In this document: in pieces, positions 25,462-28,819 of the stretch
Position numbering within the stretch: position 1 is the first letter of the stretch
Layout: the number at the start of each line of letters is the position of its first letter
IMG/VR virus record: IMGVR_UViG_3300048579_000399
Location: 1 to 28,819 of that record
Reading direction: 5' to 3' (one strand)
Length of the DNA stretch: 28,819 nt
DNA from: a virus
Taxonomy: Duplodnaviria; Caudoviricetes
Position numbers and translations under genes: made by a program
The notes under the pieces: model-generated
Database searches by the model: none
What the model was told of the DNA's origin: nothing
The model's input: the letters and a program-made list of their open reading frames with translations, nothing else

Positions 25462-26283
25462 TCACCTCACTTTCGTTTCGGATAAGATTTTGGCAAAGGA
25501 GATCATCGGACAGGTTGGGCAGATCGTTCGCACGCCGCCGTCGACATACAACCCGCAGCCGCGGCAAGTCTGCTGAAAAGCGGGCACCAATTCGACGGGT
25601 TTCACCGGATAAAGCGAAATCGGTGGGCATGTGGAGTCGGCAATTTTTGACCGGGCCACGTCCGGGCGGGTCGATCGTTTCACTTTCGGCTTCTGGATCC
25701 GTTTACACACACCGATGATCTGGCTGCTGGATAGCTTCTGTTTCGCCGCGGCTTTCGCAACCGATTCCTGGTCGTTCCAGGTCAGGTCCCGGAGCGATGC
25801 GATGACACGCATATCCATCGGAAGTTTCTTCAAATTGAACAATATTTGGACAGAGGGCGGGAACTTGAGCAGCGCTAATCGGGAGTTGACCGCGCCTTCG
25901 GATCGCCCGATCCTCTGGGCGATCTCCACCAGGGTCAGACCGGATTCCTGAAGCTTCCGATACGCCAGGGCTTCGTCGATCGGCCCCATGTCTGCCCGCT
26001 GCAGGTTGCCCACCAGCGCCAGGATCATTCTTCCCTGGTCGTCGGTCTCAGCCTGGCGGACATGCACCTCGATGTCTTTCCAGCCGGCCATCTTCGCCGC
26101 ACGCCAGCGCCGTTCACCGTCGAGGATGGTATAGATCCCGCCCTCGGCTGGACCTTCGACCGCGATCGGATTGAGCAGCCCATCGGTGATCAGGCTTTTG
26201 ACCAGGTTCTCCATCTCATCCGGGTCGAAGACTTTCCGAGGCTGTTGCGGGTTAGGAACGATTTGATCGAGTGGGATTCTCAT
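25462..26283 (-). CDS. ParB/Spo0J-family protein with C-terminal Cys cluster
   Basis: PNPQQPRKVF, GLLNPIAV, ILDGERRWRA (intact GxxRxxA), NLQRADM, HTH; C-terminal CPP..CRGC..CPTC. Confidence 0.9.
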   Translation of the reverse strand: MRIPLDQIVPNPQQPRKVFDPDEMENLVKSLITDGLLNPIAVEGPAEGGIYTILDGERRWRAAKMAGWKDIEVHVRQAETDDQGRMILALVGNLQRADMGPIDEALAYRKLQESGLTLVEIAQRIGRSEGAVNSRLALLKFPPSVQILFNLKKLPMDMRVIASLRDLTWNDQESVAKAAAKQKLSSSQIIGVCKRIQKPKVKRSTRPDVARSKIADSTCPPISLYPVKPVELVPAFQQTCRGCGLYVDGGVRTICPTCPMISFAKILSETKVR

Positions 26284-26289
26284 TATCTC

Positions 26290-26610
26290 TCACCACTCTT
26301 TCGTGCAAAGAAATAATGGCTCGTTCACAGCGGCCCATTGCCCAGCAGTTGCAGTTACCGAGAACTCGAAATCGTTGATTTGGTCATCCTCGTCGAGTTC
26401 CTTAATGATGGCTTCAGATGGAATTTTTGCCCCGCTCGTATATGGTTTATCGTCCGATCTGGCATAAAGAATTGTCACTCTCTTTTCGTCTGGAATCATG
26501 TCCCAAGATTCGTCATTGATCGTATCTGCATAGTTTTCCCAAATTTCGGTAGCATTTTCTACGCTGGCAGCTACGACCGTATCAGTACCATCAGTGTAAA
26601 GATGGTTCAT
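26290..26610 (-). CDS. Acidic hypothetical protein
   Basis: 106 aa; ATGA overlap and GGAGG RBS; visibly more AT-rich than its neighbours. Confidence 0.65.
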   Translation of the reverse strand: MNHLYTDGTDTVVAASVENATEIWENYADTINDESWDMIPDEKRVTILYARSDDKPYTSGAKIPSEAIIKELDEDDQINDFEFSVTATAGQWAAVNEPLFLCTKEW

Positions 26611-27524
26611 TTGTCCTCCAAATCGATCAGCTCGTTGACACTCAGCCAGTGAGCTTCGAGCTGAGCATCCAGACCGTGGATAAAAATCCGCGACGTTGCC
26701 AGGTGACCGGCCCCGAGGTATTCCATAATGGCCAGGTATGATTCCCCAACCTGATCGCGGATCGCCGCCCCGGCCCTGGGCAGGTGGTGGGGTTTGACGT
26801 CCTTCGTGATCCCGGCGATCTGCAGGTAGCGCCGCAGCAGCCGGCCCACCTCGTGCGCGCTGATGGGCTGATCCGGCTGGATCGTTGTCCCGCGTGGAGA
26901 GGTCTTTCCCTTGCGGCGCAGGGCGGTGAAGATGGATTCATTCGAGGAAATGGTATTCAGCCGGCCGGCTGCCCGAAGGTATGTGCAGGCCGCGTTGAAC
27001 ACCGGCAGCGGGATCCCGGTCTGCAGATCCGCCCGATCGTCGCGAACACAATCGCCCCAGCGGGCGGTTCGCCAGTCGAGCGCTTTGTCATCGATCAGGA
27101 TGAGACCGAGGAACAGCGCGTAATCCCGCAGTGCCCCGACATTTTCGCGATAGATCCGCCGCAGGAGCTGTTTCGTTTCTTCCGGGGTCAGGACCCGGGC
27201 AGCCGGATCGATCGCCGGCTGGGATGTCTCGACCGCCAGGCCTTCGATCGGTTTTCCCGCCGACTGATAGAACGCCGTCACCGCCGAGACCCGCAGGCGG
27301 ATGGTGGCCGGCTTATAGCGGCGGGACTCCATGGCATTCTTCCAGGCGAGGACATCTTCCACGGTGATCTCCCAGGGCAGCCGGCTGGAGGTGGACAGCA
27401 GATCTTCCAGTGCCTTTGCATACGCGCGCCGGGTCGATTCGCTGCGCAGCGCCTGCAGCCAGCGCTGGATGGCATCGCTCCAGACCGCTCCGTCCACCTG
27501 TTGGGAGATCGCCGTGGTATCCAT
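26607..27524 (-). CDS. Tyrosine recombinase (XerC/D-like) homologue, predicted catalytically inactive
   Basis: N-terminal core-binding domain (SESTRRAY, KPATIRLRVSAVTAFY), LTPEETKQLL, LRDYAL; catalytic motifs are recognisable but substituted. Confidence 0.8.
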   Translation of the reverse strand: MDTTAISQQVDGAVWSDAIQRWLQALRSESTRRAYAKALEDLLSTSSRLPWEITVEDVLAWKNAMESRRYKPATIRLRVSAVTAFYQSAGKPIEGLAVETSQPAIDPAARVLTPEETKQLLRRIYRENVGALRDYALFLGLILIDDKALDWRTARWGDCVRDDRADLQTGIPLPVFNAACTYLRAAGRLNTISSNESIFTALRRKGKTSPRGTTIQPDQPISAHEVGRLLRRYLQIAGITKDVKPHHLPRAGAAIRDQVGESYLAIMEYLGAGHLATSRIFIHGLDAQLEAHWLSVNELIDLEDK

Positions 27525-27928
27525 CAGAACGGAATATCCTCTTCGGACATCACTCCGGTGTTCGCGGGTTCATCGGATGATTCCTTCTTCGAGAGGAATC
27601 GGATCTGCGTGGCGCTCACTTCGAAGGAGGCTCGCAGGGCGCCATTCTGATCAGTCCACATTCGAGGTCCACCCGTTTTTGGGTCCACCATCAGCCGGCC
27701 TTCGACGTAAACCATGCTGCCTTTCTGCAGGTACGTTGCGCAGGTTTCGGCCGACTTTCCCCACACCGTCACCCGCCACCAGGCCGTTTCACCCATCACT
27801 TCGCCGTCTGAGCTGCGGTATTTCCGGCTGGTGGCCATCGAGAAGCTGGTCACCGCCTGGCCCGCTGGCGTGTAGCGCATTTCTGGATCGCGCCCGAGGT
27901 AGCCGATCAAGCTGATCGATTGGTGCAT
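27524..27928 (-). CDS. ssb: Single-stranded DNA-binding protein
   Basis: LIGYLGRDPEMRYTPAGQAV..FSMAT..W.RVTVWGK.AE..YLQKGS.VYVEGRL; acidic tail EEDIPF; ATG 27928 with GGAGG RBS. Confidence 0.97.
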   Translation of the reverse strand: MHQSISLIGYLGRDPEMRYTPAGQAVTSFSMATSRKYRSSDGEVMGETAWWRVTVWGKSAETCATYLQKGSMVYVEGRLMVDPKTGGPRMWTDQNGALRASFEVSATQIRFLSKKESSDEPANTGVMSEEDIPF

Positions 27929-28154
27929 AAGTCCTCCATCGTTTTTGGTGTGGGTCACCCTGCCCGGGTGAAATTGCTGCCAGCATCTCTTCTGGCTGTC
28001 ACGCCTGGTTTCTCTCCCGTGTGGTCGGCGTTCACCCCGCAATCTGTTCTCAATTACCGGCTTCCTGGGTGCAGCTGCGTTTCTACTTCGCGGGTTTCTC
28101 TGCACTCACCCGCACCGAACCCTCTCAGGATTGCAGCCAGCTCAAAATGGGATG

Positions 28155-28238
28155 TGGGGCGCAGAGGCCTCGAACCTCCGTTACGGCTCCGGCGGGGAGG
28201 GGGACCCTGTCGGAATTCCGTTGATCTTCCATCGCCCC
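28155..28238 (-). ncRNA. tRNA-like structured element (degenerate, not a canonical tRNA)
   Basis: GGGGCG/CGCCCC-A acceptor-like stem, U8, GGAA/TTCC D-like stem with GG in the loop, GGAGG-TTCGAGG-CCTCT T-arm; anticodon arm non-canonical and no CCA. Confidence 0.45.
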
Positions 28239-28657
28239 GATATTTGAGGGGGTCACCAGCACATCGCACCACAGCCACCCGCATGACCGGGTTATGCTTT
28301 AAAGCCTCCGATTGCCAGTCGTTACCGGCTGTCCGACCCCTTCAAACGGAGATCCGGCATTGAAACCGGCGGGTTGTAGGGGATCAACCTGGCGCCTGCA
28401 TCTCCAAATTGACCGGCTTTGAACGTGATCTCCACCGGCCAAGTCGTTGACCAAAATTGACTACAGACCGCCCATGTACCCCAGAACCGGGCGCTGCAAA
28501 CGGACACTCAGAACACAGGGAAAGAACTGAAGTACTGAAAGAATTTGATCGTCACGCAATTCGAGATGTCCCTGCCAGACCGGTCGGCCTTCGCCGAACC
28601 GCGGCATAGATACAGAAGTGGCCAACTTCTAGAGGACCTGATGGGGCTCGCACCCAC

Positions 28658-28819
28658 CTACGGCTGACGGTCCTGTCGATCGAACATTTCGATCCATTCG
28701 TCCATCACATCCCTGCTCTTGCGCTCTGTCATCCGCGCATCCAGGCTCAGCAGGATCAATCCCACGATCGACCCCAGGCCCAAAACCAAGATCAAACCCC
28801 ACACGACCATGATCCACAT
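28658..28819 (-). CDS. Small membrane protein (53 aa, absent from the ORF track)
   Basis: My translation from ATG 28819: MWIMVVWGLILVLGLGSIVGLILLSLDARMTERKSRDVMDEWIEMFDRQDRQP; one TM helix. Confidence 0.6.
   Translation of the reverse strand: MWIMVVWGLILVLGLGSIVGLILLSLDARMTERKSRDVMDEWIEMFDRQDRQP

Noticed and set aside
26607-27524. Calling this the prophage integrase with a nearby att site
   Set aside because: The catalytic residues, including the Tyr nucleophile, are substituted; the gene is mid-operon and no att duplication is visible.
27929-28105. N-terminal extension of SSB in the ORF track (193 aa)
   Set aside because: The SSB fold starts at ATG 27928 with a GGAGG RBS; the upstream part is not protein-like.
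28155-28238. Functional tRNA-Gly(CCC)
   Set aside because: The anticodon stem is mismatched, U33 and purine 37 are absent, position 7 is unpaired and there is no CCA; kept only as tRNA-like.
113-28363. Numerous plus-strand ORFs, some long (e.g. 7429-8493, 4964-5833, 23179-24000, 26784-27650)
   Set aside because: They are antisense shadows of well-supported minus-strand genes, or fall in the structured leader, and have no recognisable motifs.
28629-28817. 62-aa ORF from the track
   Set aside because: The overlapping frame 28658-28819 starts with ATG and encodes a coherent TM protein, so it is preferred.
1-28819. CRISPR array, rRNA, insertion sequence
   Set aside because: No regularly spaced repeats, rRNA-like sequence or transposase motifs were seen.

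Overview
The window is a continuous, entirely minus-strand segment of a siphovirus-like phage or prophage. Read right to left, it has a structured non-coding leader, SSB, a tyrosine-recombinase-like protein with its catalytic residues replaced, a first ParB-like gene and a probable replication initiator. Next is a tightly coupled cassette of ParB, a ubiquitin-like protein, an acidic unknown, E2, JAB and E1(ThiF), which resembles the PRTRC (ParB-related/ThiF-related) cassette, followed by small Cys-rich proteins. A sigma70-type late promoter with a terminator/antiterminator leader then precedes the lysis genes (holin, M23-SH3 endolysin), HNH, terminase, portal, ClpP protease, scaffold, capsid, neck, tail tube, frameshifted tail chaperones, tape measure and tail-tip/fibre genes. 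The main candidate for an undescribed system is the apparently complete phage-borne ubiquitin-like conjugation module. It is fused into the early operon behind a ParB CTPase, and three copies of a parS-like palindrome (CGTTTCCGTRGAAACG) lie about 5 kb apart, two of them bracketing the module. All protein calls come from motif recognition by eye; no searches were run. No intact integrase, repressor or att site is visible, and the host cannot be determined.
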